Part shown: piece after piece, positions 44,601 to 53,569 of the stretch
Position numbering within the stretch: the stretch's first letter is position 1
How the letters are laid out: each line of letters begins with the position of its first letter
IMG/VR virus record: IMGVR_UViG_3300030372_001717
Direction: 5' to 3' (one strand)
Source of the DNA: an uncultured virus (IMG/VR IMGVR_UViG_3300030372_001717)
Taxonomy: Duplodnaviria; Heunggongvirae; Uroviricota; Caudoviricetes
DNA length: 64,000 bases
Translations under genes and position numbers: made by a program
The notes under the pieces: generated by a model
Databases searched by the model: none
The model's input: only the letters and a program-made list of their open reading frames with translations
Told to the model about the DNA's origin: nothing

Positions 44601-46401
44601 GAATACTGTTTTGCCAAAACTGCACTCTTTCTTCCGCAGCTTTTTGGGCGTCAGCGAAAGCTTCTTCCATTCGAGAAGATAAATCTTCTCTGCGTGTATC
44701 TACCCTAGTCTTTGTTTGAGGATCTAACCAAGTAAGCTCAGAACCCTCTATTCCTTTAGGATCACTCTCCATTACTAGTTTTCTGCGGGTGCTTTCAAAT
44801 TCAGGAACAGCCCCCGTATTTTTTGCGTTAGAGTAATCTAAATTTAGTTCTTGTGCAGTTCCTCCGGGTCTACCACCAAAGTCTAAATCGTCTATAGATT
44901 TTTTAAACGTGTTTTCAATAAAATTGAAAAACTGTTCGCGGCGTTTAACCAAACGATCAGATTCATTTTTAAAAAATTTAGCAACTATTCCTGGAGAAGC
45001 ATCTCTGCCAGCGGAAATAAGAACGTTCTCTTGAAATGTTGCAAATCTGTTTAAAGAACCAACATTTGCAGAATCTTTTTCGATACCTTTTTCTAACCTT
45101 GAACGAATATCCGGATTTGTTTCTTGATCCAATAAGGCTTTATTGTCTTGGATTCTAGCTCTAAGAATATTCGCTTCTGTTCTTAAAAGTTCAGGAGTCG
45201 TAAAAGCTAAACCAGATGCTTGATCTACATGTCTTCCGTCCGCAATTGAATCTTCTAAAATTTTTGCAACGCTGGCTATTGCCGCTCTATCTTCTCTTGA
45301 TTTACCCATGCCTTCTGCTTGAGTATAACGAGCAGCAGAGGTTCCCGGTCTAAAAAGAGGGTCCGTAACAGACGTAACTATCCTGGAAACAGGACCTTCT
45401 AGGAACCCGGTGTAAACACTTCGTGCTGCCAATGGAAACACCAACCCGGAACCTACTGCAACGGTTGCCTTTACCCAATCCGCCGCATCGGGGTCTGCTT
45501 TTTCCAAAGCCGCTAAAGAAGCTTCTGTAGCAACCCCCGCAGAAGCCCCAAAACCCGCTTCTGCTGCAATATTCCTGCGCCCTGTTTTAGTAAAAACACT
45601 ATAAGCATCGTTAGCCTTATCTATTAAAGAACGAACATTTGCTGGATTAAGCGCATCTTTTCCTAACTCGTTTACTGATTCTTTAGCTAACCGAGCATAT
45701 ATAAATTTAGCACCTTCCTGCAAAACTTTAGCAGGAAGTGTAACGCCTTTAACCATAACAGGACCGCTGATAGCAAATTCTAAACCTGTAGTAGTCATCT
45801 TTTCCCAGATGTTACGAGCCTCTGGGGTCATGTCTGTGCCAAGGGTAGCCTCAAAAGGTTTAAAACCCCAAGTGTCTTCGGCATATCTATCAGCGGCTCT
45901 AAGATTTTGTTCAAATTTCCTACGAACTGCTTCCGTACCATATTTTTCTTTTACATCTTTTCTAAGAAGCTTACCCATTTTCCTACTTCTCTCCAGCATT
46001 TCTGGAGTGTCTCCGGTAACAGCTTCGTATCCCATTGCTACTAATGTGTCGGGTCCGGGAACATAAGAAAGTAAACCAGCTATATCCCAAGGACCTCCTA
46101 CAAAAAAAGCGGGTATGCTTCTTATTGTTGGGTTTATGCCTCTTTCTAAAAAACCTCTTTGATCTTTGTATTGAAGTTTTTTAAATACGGGCGATAAAGT
46201 TTGCCCTAATTCTTGGCCTCTAGGGGAAACCCAATCAACGTTCAAAAATCTTTTTAATTGATCCGGATCATAACTGTTTGTCACAGTTTCTTGGGCATCG
46301 TTGACCGTATTTTTAAAGATGTATGTGTGCTCACCTGTATTGTTATCGTATCCACTATGCGTAGCAACAATGTTGGTATGAGGTGTTTTTATTTCAGCCA
46401 T
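41692..46401 (-). CDS. large putative internal virion/ejection protein
   Basis: 1569 aa, helical; last of a size-ascending cluster; ends AKDGGIMTIKKKARQIVG. Confidence 0.6.
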   Translation of the reverse strand: MAEIKTPHTNIVATHSGYDNNTGEHTYIFKNTVNDAQETVTNSYDPDQLKRFLNVDWVSPRGQELGQTLSPVFKKLQYKDQRGFLERGINPTIRSIPAFFVGGPWDIAGLLSYVPGPDTLVAMGYEAVTGDTPEMLERSRKMGKLLRKDVKEKYGTEAVRRKFEQNLRAADRYAEDTWGFKPFEATLGTDMTPEARNIWEKMTTTGLEFAISGPVMVKGVTLPAKVLQEGAKFIYARLAKESVNELGKDALNPANVRSLIDKANDAYSVFTKTGRRNIAAEAGFGASAGVATEASLAALEKADPDAADWVKATVAVGSGLVFPLAARSVYTGFLEGPVSRIVTSVTDPLFRPGTSAARYTQAEGMGKSREDRAAIASVAKILEDSIADGRHVDQASGLAFTTPELLRTEANILRARIQDNKALLDQETNPDIRSRLEKGIEKDSANVGSLNRFATFQENVLISAGRDASPGIVAKFFKNESDRLVKRREQFFNFIENTFKKSIDDLDFGGRPGGTAQELNLDYSNAKNTGAVPEFESTRRKLVMESDPKGIEGSELTWLDPQTKTRVDTRREDLSSRMEEAFADAQKAAEERVQFWQNSIQSYLADRGLKSVSDLPDAERKFVGDLVRGTYDDANREFRAFEKAAYRRIEGLDDKVTENIVFPEGSIDSATGANISGLSVEEWAAGRLTNLSRQEKFNVKEVPVELAQLSGSRSVLQELNRQRAEAVAAGRASQAQSRIPDLEKQRDEIIGQKTKAESELDDQIEIERIDSERLTRSLESYVQDSMANLNDSQKQAVISFSTDPAVPWSTLTIKEAKERAPVGLENVFAQVAKQRKSIANLGEGTTSSKAVRDKRKEVLRLGKEAQEYQSQIDKITRDLLGTGDDVVIEPTGRLTSRDPDGVLVAGGVSGNDVRETISNVAESARREVALNGKTPKYRSLLQLRQTIEQLLSPETFSTLDPVALNFAREASRLKNRIDDAQGDVLAKDKGSAVKIPVEEVPAKVLPESTSPLTQTTNLRLLNEATTELPDFVTIKRSPEGEILTDAEGIPLAAIDEDALLGGPSLFERSDSPFELVKIGQADSPFEIRLKPDAPVGPKSLQVAESILLERLALRFPEGVDSKGLESFRSKNKEALDFLKNNGRSDVPDLLSDADGLAAQLDALNTLRTDKARQQITELVNNGQLDLNGLTIDDYLDYIGQRRKRVSEENVFSDVIKADAGYATESLFDRVLNPNNKQPKRDLNEFLSSVRGNKPAEKGFQASIIGELFRRSSLQSDDLARQAGDLSATVFDPASFRDLMSNPRIRSLLQEAFPDNPELLEGLDKVAKVAFETSTFTPGSTRLQTALNPQDAISVEGWNNLGRILGLQVADKIGFVNSLVAAGVGSRMFGKIGKNITGNKIKDILINSALDPEIAAGLAKRTSEIGDGFFKTIIKGLIDTVNVPKTVLSKPAATVPILKRGQEELNEDLDVTSAPPTRRVASVSPPLRDPVVASTLGQVSPVSPVAPAPMAQAPAQAQAQAQAQAQAPAPQARQRTISQLEQMGLPLFSPVLAKDGGIMTIKKKARQIVG
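41824..41859 (+). repeat. (TGCTTG)6 microsatellite encoding an AQ run
   Basis: Six perfect hexamers. Confidence 0.9.
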
Positions 46402-46410
46402 CTACTTGAC

Positions 46411-49017
46411 CTACTGTAAAGTGTTACGAAATTGATTAAATGACCGTATAGCTGTGGTCACTCTTTCACGCATTACATCTATGGGAACTCCGGAAGTGTT
46501 CGCCCTGTTTTCTAACCACGTTTCAAATTCAAGCGGTCCTTTTATTGATCTTCTAGTGTCTCTAGTAAAAGTGGGTATAACAGATGTGTTATAATTAATT
46601 GTTGGCACGATATACTTTCCACCGAACATAGTATCTTTTAAAGAACCTTGGGTAGTAATACTATTCCTTTGATCCTGAGACAAAGAAGGAGCTTGTTGTC
46701 GGGTAACGGAGAAACGATCTTTTCCATAAAAACCATAACCGTGCCAATCTTCCATTGTTTTAAGGTTAGAAAAATCAACTCCAGATTCTGCTGCTCTCAT
46801 TAATTCATTTTCTGTCCAGCCAACTTTTCCACCAATAGCCATAAGCCCGGTAAGTTCTCTGGTAACACGGTTTAACCCTTCTTCGATTAAAATTTTGTTG
46901 AAAGAAGCTCCTGCGCTAATACGTGCCACAAGTTTTTTATAAGCTTCTGCATCATAATTACTTATGCGATCATCACCAAACTCTCTTCCCACACGTCGAG
47001 ATTGACCTTCTTGAAATCTATCTGAAGCTGCCGTTAAACGATTCCAAGCCTCTGCTCCCTCTCCTTTAATAAAATCAGAAAAACCAAGCCTAGAAGCGGT
47101 AGCTACAAGTCGACCTGTAATAAAACCCTGAACGTTTCCTGCTTCAGCAGCAGCGTTTTTAAAATTTAATAGAGCATCCCTAAACTCAAGCCTTGTTCTA
47201 AAAAGGTCTCGTGCTTCCGTTGCAGCATTGCTGTTTTGAAGTTTGTTTCGTGCTTCCGTTTTTTTGTTTACGGCTTCTATTATAATTTGTCTGCGATCTT
47301 CCGGGGAGGTGTTTAAAAGTAATTTTACATTTGGAAGAACAGCTTCTACATCTTTTCTTCGTTGAACCAATTCTGCATCGTATGAGGGTGTTAAGGGTTT
47401 TTGAGGCTCTCCAAATGCTTGCGGAAACAAGGTAACAGCGGTTTTTACGCGACCTCCTGGTTTGTTAAAAGCGGCTTTGTTATCAGGTTCAGCCACAGGT
47501 TCAAAAGTTTCAAAAGCATTTGCATTTGGGTTTGTTTTTAATTCTTGAAAAGCCCCTTTAATTGCTTGAGTTTGCACGGCGGGACTAAAGGCACTCGTCG
47601 TTGGGCTATACCCTACTTCAGTGCCGTCTGGTAACGTACCTAACTGCGGTATTTCTTTAGAACCAAAAAGAGTTTCTGGTGTTAAAGATAAAATTTCTTT
47701 AACTGCGTTTTCTGCTAAAACACTTTTAACCCGATCACTTTTATCAAAAAAGTTTTGTTTTAAACCAACTTCAGCTAGAGAGTTTACTTTATTTTCAATA
47801 AAACTTTGAATTGCTGGATTAGTAATTTTCACTGAATCCTGTAGAATCCTATCTGTTGGAGTTCCACTGGGAATAAATCTAAAAGGAAACTCACCGTTGA
47901 TAAAAGAAGATTGGTCAAAAAACAAAGCACTTCTTGCAGAATATGGACTAAATTCCCCGCCTAATTGTTCGCGTTGGATTTTAGCCATTGAATTAAAAAG
48001 AAATGATTTGTTAGCTTCAGCTTTTCTTTGAGCGTCTGTTTCTGTTGAACCCGAGTCAGGTGTAATTTTTTCTAAACGCAAACCTATGTTTTTTAACTTT
48101 TGTAAGGAAAAAATGCTTTTTTCTCCTTCACCACCTCTTTCTACGATAGCTCCAATTTCCAAACCATCACCCGCTTTTGAGACAGAACCGTAAATTGGAA
48201 TTCGTCCCGCATCGTCCTTGTAATATTGTCCCTTTTTATCTCCTTTTTCATAAACAAGGCGATAGTCAATGGTGCCTAATGTTGCACTTGGTTTTGACTT
48301 TGGAGTTGTCACCTTGCCTTTTAATTTATCTGAAAGGTTTGTATAGCTTACTACCGTTTCTCCCGGTTTGAGGGGCCTAGCCGCCTTGGTTCGTACATTT
48401 ATCGGATCTTTAAGTACACCCTCTGAACCTCTTTCTTGCCGAACTTGAACGGGTTGACCATCTGGACCCGCATGTACCATCTCGCCGTCTTCACCTTTTG
48501 AAACAACGTAAAGCACGTTTTCAAACGGAGGTTTATCTGTTTTTTTAGTGGGGTCTGTCATCAACTTTAGAGCAAGGTTTTTTCTTAAGGCGTCTTCTTC
48601 CTGTATCTGTTGCAATGCAGAAAGCTTTAACTGGCGATCTTCTTGAGCCCTAGCATTCTCTATAGCCCTGCGCTGTTGCATCATTTGAGTGGCAACTGCA
48701 CCTGCCGTCCCGGCAAGCGGAGAAAAAAGTTCTCTAGATATTGTAGAAATAGGCGCTTCACCTCTTTTGGGCGTAGCACCTGCTGCTGCAAAACCTTGTT
48801 GCGCCAAAGCCAAAGCAAGCTGCAACTTGCCCAGATCTTGTGCTTCTTGCAGTTGCTTAGAATAATCCGTCTGGCCTAAAAACTTAGACAAGTCCTGCTG
48901 TCGCTGACCCACTCTAGCCATATCCAAACTTGTAATACCTTGGTTTGGAGCTTTGCCTAATTGAGTAAACGTATTTACAAAATTTTGAATGTTGTTTGAA
49001 TTAGTTGGGTTAGCCAT
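46411..49017 (-). CDS. putative ejection protein
   Basis: 868 aa; Q/A-rich N-terminus; cluster position. Confidence 0.55.
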   Translation of the reverse strand: MANPTNSNNIQNFVNTFTQLGKAPNQGITSLDMARVGQRQQDLSKFLGQTDYSKQLQEAQDLGKLQLALALAQQGFAAAGATPKRGEAPISTISRELFSPLAGTAGAVATQMMQQRRAIENARAQEDRQLKLSALQQIQEEDALRKNLALKLMTDPTKKTDKPPFENVLYVVSKGEDGEMVHAGPDGQPVQVRQERGSEGVLKDPINVRTKAARPLKPGETVVSYTNLSDKLKGKVTTPKSKPSATLGTIDYRLVYEKGDKKGQYYKDDAGRIPIYGSVSKAGDGLEIGAIVERGGEGEKSIFSLQKLKNIGLRLEKITPDSGSTETDAQRKAEANKSFLFNSMAKIQREQLGGEFSPYSARSALFFDQSSFINGEFPFRFIPSGTPTDRILQDSVKITNPAIQSFIENKVNSLAEVGLKQNFFDKSDRVKSVLAENAVKEILSLTPETLFGSKEIPQLGTLPDGTEVGYSPTTSAFSPAVQTQAIKGAFQELKTNPNANAFETFEPVAEPDNKAAFNKPGGRVKTAVTLFPQAFGEPQKPLTPSYDAELVQRRKDVEAVLPNVKLLLNTSPEDRRQIIIEAVNKKTEARNKLQNSNAATEARDLFRTRLEFRDALLNFKNAAAEAGNVQGFITGRLVATASRLGFSDFIKGEGAEAWNRLTAASDRFQEGQSRRVGREFGDDRISNYDAEAYKKLVARISAGASFNKILIEEGLNRVTRELTGLMAIGGKVGWTENELMRAAESGVDFSNLKTMEDWHGYGFYGKDRFSVTRQQAPSLSQDQRNSITTQGSLKDTMFGGKYIVPTINYNTSVIPTFTRDTRRSIKGPLEFETWLENRANTSGVPIDVMRERVTTAIRSFNQFRNTLQ

Positions 49018-49026
49018 GAGAGATCC

Positions 49027-50172
49027 CTACGCCATGCCTTGCATCATAGATTCTAACATCTGTGGGTCCATGCCCATGGGCTCTGTACCCGTAGCCATAA
49101 TACCAGATGGTCCTTGGGCCATGTTCCCTACAGCGTCAACCAGTGCTCCTGTCTCTGCGGCCATGCCGTCAGCAACAGCGCCCTGAGAACCAATTTCTGT
49201 GATCCCTCCACTAACGTCAGCAACATCGGCCAACTCTTCCTGCATCAAGGCCCCTATGCCCTTGTCAATTTCTGCTAGTTGCAACGTTGGCTGCACAAGA
49301 GCTAGGACAGAGTCTGGTGTCCTTTGAGCATCTTCTGGCCCTACAACGCTGGCTAACTTAGAGCGGTAAAACTCAACGTCAGCGTCATCCTGCCACACCA
49401 CGTTCATCAGTTCTTTAAAGTCACCCGCCGTGTCTAGACTGGACATGGTCTGACCAACCTCTTCTTCGACGGCACCCGATATGGCATCTTCGTTTAGTTC
49501 TTGAGACGCCTCATTCAAGCTGGTGCTTGCCATTTGCATGACTTCGGGCGGTAGGTCCTGGGCTTGTTGAAGTATCATGGCCTCTTCTTCAGGTGCCATG
49601 AACGGCATGTCGGCCATTGTCTCACCGCCCATCTGGGCAGACATCATGCCACCCTCGTTAGCAAACTCAACGCCGCGCCCTTTTAAAATATCCGCGTAGG
49701 TAACTTCTCCGTCCCCCGTCAGATCAGGAAAGGACTTTTTAGCTTCGCCACCTTCAGCTAACAGGTTCAACATGTTTCCTGTCGCACCTGGGTTTGATCT
49801 TTGGGCTTCCATCTGTTGCTGCAAAACCTGTCTCACGTAAGGTGCTAATGGTCCGGAATTCATTTCAGCGAAAGTACGAAAGCCTTGTTGAGGCCTGCCG
49901 CTACCACCACCTAACGTGCTGTTGACCATAGAAGATAATTGATCTGCTTGCTGCGAAACATTGTCGGCGTAACTACTAATACGGTCATTTAAAGTTTCTA
50001 AACCGCCCAGCGTACTCTGCAATTGACCTTGAATACCGCCCCCACCTTGAGCAACACCAAGTTGTGCAGGTTGCGACATACCAGAAAAACCCATGGAGGG
50101 TCTACCCGGAGTTGCAAAGCCACCGCTGGCACGGTCACGGAACATAGATCTGTTAAATGGGGTGGGAGACAT
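49027..50172 (-). CDS. putative internal virion protein
   Basis: FPDLTGDGEVTYADILKGRGV EF-hand-like motif; TPDSVLALVQP. Confidence 0.55.
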   Translation of the reverse strand: MSPTPFNRSMFRDRASGGFATPGRPSMGFSGMSQPAQLGVAQGGGGIQGQLQSTLGGLETLNDRISSYADNVSQQADQLSSMVNSTLGGGSGRPQQGFRTFAEMNSGPLAPYVRQVLQQQMEAQRSNPGATGNMLNLLAEGGEAKKSFPDLTGDGEVTYADILKGRGVEFANEGGMMSAQMGGETMADMPFMAPEEEAMILQQAQDLPPEVMQMASTSLNEASQELNEDAISGAVEEEVGQTMSSLDTAGDFKELMNVVWQDDADVEFYRSKLASVVGPEDAQRTPDSVLALVQPTLQLAEIDKGIGALMQEELADVADVSGGITEIGSQGAVADGMAAETGALVDAVGNMAQGPSGIMATGTEPMGMDPQMLESMMQGMA

Positions 50173-50185
50173 TCTCTATTCCTTA

Positions 50186-51190
50186 CTAAAATAATCCGCC
50201 AAGCTGCTTGGCGGCTGCTGCGGTCCCAAGAAGCCCAGTGCCTACGCCTGCTACCTGTTGAAAGGCAGAAGGTGTCGGAGCACTAGGAGATACTTGAGAA
50301 CCGAGAACGGTTTGTGTAGAAGGCGCTCCTTTATATATGTCCGAAAGGAAAGCAAGCCTACTGTATGGTTCGTATAGTTGAGCTTGTTCGTTTGCCCTGG
50401 TTGCATCCAAGACAGCTTGGTCTTGGGCCTGTTGTTGTGCGCCCAAGTTCTGTAGAACACCAAGATCTTTCACGCCCATCTGTTGCATGGCCTGTGCCGC
50501 ACCCAACTGCTGCCCACCAATGCCAGCTTGTTGTGCTCCTAAGTTACCGTACAGACTAGCAATGCCACCGTACAATTGTGCTTGGTTCTGTTGTCGGCGT
50601 TGTTGGTTTTCAAAAGCTGTCTGAGCCGTTTGAAGGGCTTGGTTGTAGTTTTGTGCATTAAGTTGAGCAAGAGCCCTTGCCTGCGAATCTGCTAAGTTAC
50701 GGTCTAGTTCTGCCGACTGTATGCCAAAACGGCTACCACCAAAGGCACCTGCCCGTTGAGCTTGCGTTGCAAGCCTGTTCTGAGCAATAGCACCCTGCCT
50801 GTTTAATTCGGCAATGGTGTTATCAATAACCTGTTGCTGGTATGGGTTTGTGTAAGCAGTAAGATCTGAAGGTGCAAACAACTGGCCCGTGCCTGCAATA
50901 GACTGCTGCGCTGCACCTATTGGATCTTGCGCCTGACCCAACGTAGTCAAACCTGTAGCTAATGTGTCCGCGCCTGTAGTAAGTAAAGGCTGGTATCCGC
51001 CTATGCCACCTTCAGCGCCTGCGGCTGTTATGGCTTGTTGTTGCAAATCAGAAAGACCTGCAACCTGTTGTTTAGGTAATTCAATCCCTATGTCGGCAAG
51101 ATCTTTGGCAGATTGAACAAGACCCAGTTTTAGGGCCTCAATCTCCGGGGCTTCCCGGACTATCTGTTCCTGTATAGTTCTTTCAACCAT
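50186..51190 (-). CDS. putative DNA pilot/ejection protein
   Basis: YTNPYQQQVID, AGAFGGSRFGI; Q/A/G-rich. Confidence 0.65.
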   Translation of the reverse strand: MVERTIQEQIVREAPEIEALKLGLVQSAKDLADIGIELPKQQVAGLSDLQQQAITAAGAEGGIGGYQPLLTTGADTLATGLTTLGQAQDPIGAAQQSIAGTGQLFAPSDLTAYTNPYQQQVIDNTIAELNRQGAIAQNRLATQAQRAGAFGGSRFGIQSAELDRNLADSQARALAQLNAQNYNQALQTAQTAFENQQRRQQNQAQLYGGIASLYGNLGAQQAGIGGQQLGAAQAMQQMGVKDLGVLQNLGAQQQAQDQAVLDATRANEQAQLYEPYSRLAFLSDIYKGAPSTQTVLGSQVSPSAPTPSAFQQVAGVGTGLLGTAAAAKQLGGLF

Positions 51191-51192
51191 GG

Positions 51193-53085
51193 CTACGCCC
51201 TCATCTCAAAGTTACGCATCATGGCGTACAGGTTCTTGGCACCATTCTTACGATCTATTTCTTTATTTCCCGTGGGGTTTTTAGCGGCCCCACGCACGGC
51301 CTTGCTCGTCAACACAAACTCACCATCAGAAAGCATAGCGGGAATGTCATCAGAGGTTTCGGTTCCCGGACCCTCAACTAACATCTCGCGTCTAGGAAAC
51401 TCCATAGAGCCACCTTTTGCTCTGCCTACCGGAACTAATGGTCTACTAGACGGAACATACTGAAAAGGATCAATATCACGAACTTTATACTTTTCTGGGT
51501 CCTGTTGGAATAGCTCATACCCAGAAGGGCCAAGGTCAGCTACAAAACCTGCCAAATCTCCCTGACCAACGGTTTCTGGTTCTTCTTCATCAAAAGCGCC
51601 ACCAAGATATGCGGCCCCTGTTCCAACAGCAGCAAGAGGACCATACGTCCTCAACGCACCTGCACTAAAACCTTTACCCGGAGCTACAAGTTCGGTTGCT
51701 GTATCTTTTAAAATCTCATACTGCGCGGCGGTAACAGTGTCAGGGTTTACGCCTGCTGCTTTTAAAGCTTGCCCAGGAGTGTAGGTCGTGCCAAAGACAA
51801 CGTCTGATGTTTTGTCAAGAAAGTCTTTAGTTCCTACAGAGGCTGCAAGTTTTTCTGGGGTAAGGTTTTCTAAGTTACTTAAACTTGTTGAAAATGCAGA
51901 TGGTGTTGGTGCTGAAGTCGGCACAGTAGGCACGTAACCATCAAACAAATTTGGTCCTCCTAATAACTCTCCCGAGGTAGCTCCGGGTCCTAGTGAATAA
52001 GTAGTTCCAGTTTGTACAGGAACTACTGGTCGAGCAGCAGGAGCAGGTTGTAGATCCGCAAACTGTTGAAAACTTTGCCTGGGATTAGCAGAAGCAACTT
52101 GAATTCCATCTGCAAGATTTCCCGGCGTTCTATTAGCTAAAAACTCACCTGCCCGTACGTCTGGTTTAACCGCCGCAATGGGAGTAGTAGGACTAGGAAC
52201 TAAAGAACTTGTTTGATCCATACCAACAAAACCCGGAGTTGTTGACGTTGCGGGGTCACCAAAAATCCGTCCTTTCCCAGTAAGGGTTGCATCCAAAACA
52301 TCGCCGCCAAAAAGACTTTTAAACTGAGCTTCAGAAGCCAACGCACTTGCTTCTCTCGCTGCGCCACCTCCTAGAACATCCGCAAAAGGTGAAGCAGCAT
52401 ATTGAGTTCCAATTTGAGTTCCTGCTTCAAATACAGGGGTAGCTCCAGTGAAGGCACCTTTTATAGCACCCCCAAAATCTCCGCCTTTCATCAAAGATCC
52501 TAGACCCGCAGTAGCAACGCTTAATCCACCACTTAAAAGACCAGACTTGAAAGCATCTTTGACACTGCCGCCACCCACCAAAGTTCCTATGCCGCTACCT
52601 AGAAAAGATGCACCAAATGTACCTGCGCCAAAAGCAGGTCCAAGAAAAGGTATACCAAAAGCCGCCGCCGCTATTGGAAGAACAATAGGCGCAGCCTTCT
52701 TTACAATCTTGGCAACCTTTTTGACGGCCTTCTTGACCGCCCTAAATACGCTCTTGAAGAAGAACTCAGGAAGGCCCGTAACGGGGTTTATGCTGTTTAA
52801 TTCGTTACCTACAACAAATTCTTGCGGGTCAAGGCCCATGTCTTTCATTTGATTAAACAGAAGTTCTTTTACTTTTGGGTTAGCGTTCAAAACTTCTAGA
52901 GGTACAACTGTCTCGCCTTCAGCGGCGTGTACAACGTAAATGTCGCCGTTGCGGCCATATTCAGCTAGTTTTTTAGCTTGGTCTTGGAAAGAGGCAAGGC
53001 CCACTGGAGCCAGTTCGTAATCCGGTGATGCTTCTGCAAAAGAAGCTATACCGTTGTTTGGTGTAGAGTAAGTTTCTAACATCAA
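51193..53085 (-). CDS. putative DNA transfer/ejection protein
   Basis: SINPVTGLPEFFFK, hydrophobic Gly-rich segment, GPGTETSDDIPAMLSDGEFV. Confidence 0.6.
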   Translation of the reverse strand: MMLETYSTPNNGIASFAEASPDYELAPVGLASFQDQAKKLAEYGRNGDIYVVHAAEGETVVPLEVLNANPKVKELLFNQMKDMGLDPQEFVVGNELNSINPVTGLPEFFFKSVFRAVKKAVKKVAKIVKKAAPIVLPIAAAAFGIPFLGPAFGAGTFGASFLGSGIGTLVGGGSVKDAFKSGLLSGGLSVATAGLGSLMKGGDFGGAIKGAFTGATPVFEAGTQIGTQYAASPFADVLGGGAAREASALASEAQFKSLFGGDVLDATLTGKGRIFGDPATSTTPGFVGMDQTSSLVPSPTTPIAAVKPDVRAGEFLANRTPGNLADGIQVASANPRQSFQQFADLQPAPAARPVVPVQTGTTYSLGPGATSGELLGGPNLFDGYVPTVPTSAPTPSAFSTSLSNLENLTPEKLAASVGTKDFLDKTSDVVFGTTYTPGQALKAAGVNPDTVTAAQYEILKDTATELVAPGKGFSAGALRTYGPLAAVGTGAAYLGGAFDEEEPETVGQGDLAGFVADLGPSGYELFQQDPEKYKVRDIDPFQYVPSSRPLVPVGRAKGGSMEFPRREMLVEGPGTETSDDIPAMLSDGEFVLTSKAVRGAAKNPTGNKEIDRKNGAKNLYAMMRNFEMRA

Positions 53086-53402
53086 GAAAGCTCCAAGACA
53101 CTTGCAAAGACAAAAATCTTTGACGCTGTATCACAGTTTAATTTTAGCGCATCACTGGCCTCAAGAACAAATGGACCAACGAGAGACGTGTCTGCGTCAG
53201 TTCCGATACTAGCTTTCTTTAGTGTTATAGTAGCTGATGCAGAACTGTCCGTTATCTTTGGAAGTACCACTATAGTACCAGAATGGCTGTTGTACAATTG
53301 TATGTTTTTAATTATCGCCTCAGTAGCGGTAGGGCAGGTGTAGACAGTAACGTCCCCCGTAGACCCTATTAGAGATGCAATATTTTTATATGCAGAGGCC
53401 AT
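53082..53402 (-). CDS. small structural protein
   Basis: MASAYKN...VYTCP...LEASDALK...SVLE. Confidence 0.55.
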   Translation of the reverse strand: MASAYKNIASLIGSTGDVTVYTCPTATEAIIKNIQLYNSHSGTIVVLPKITDSSASATITLKKASIGTDADTSLVGPFVLEASDALKLNCDTASKIFVFASVLELS

Positions 53403-53569
53403 TAATTTAAAAACCAACCTTTGCCGTTATCGTCATCTTCGCCGCTTATAACATCAGGAAAATCTATCTTAGTAAGCGCCCTTTCCAGGTCCCGTAGTAT
53501 TAACACAAATGTGTCCGGATCATACTCATCCGGTGCTAAAGGCATTGCTTGGTCTAGTAATCTTGGCAT
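53402..53569 (-). CDS. 55-aa protein (not in ORF track)
   Basis: MPRLLDQAMPLAPDEYD...; TAATG overlap at both ends. Confidence 0.6.
   Translation of the reverse strand: MPRLLDQAMPLAPDEYDPDTFVLILRDLERALTKIDFPDVISGEDDDNGKGWFLN

Noticed and set aside
52679..52694. Match of spacer pair 4 (GAGCACCTATTGTTTT) to the AAPIVL codons
   Set aside because: Four mismatches in 16; expected by chance
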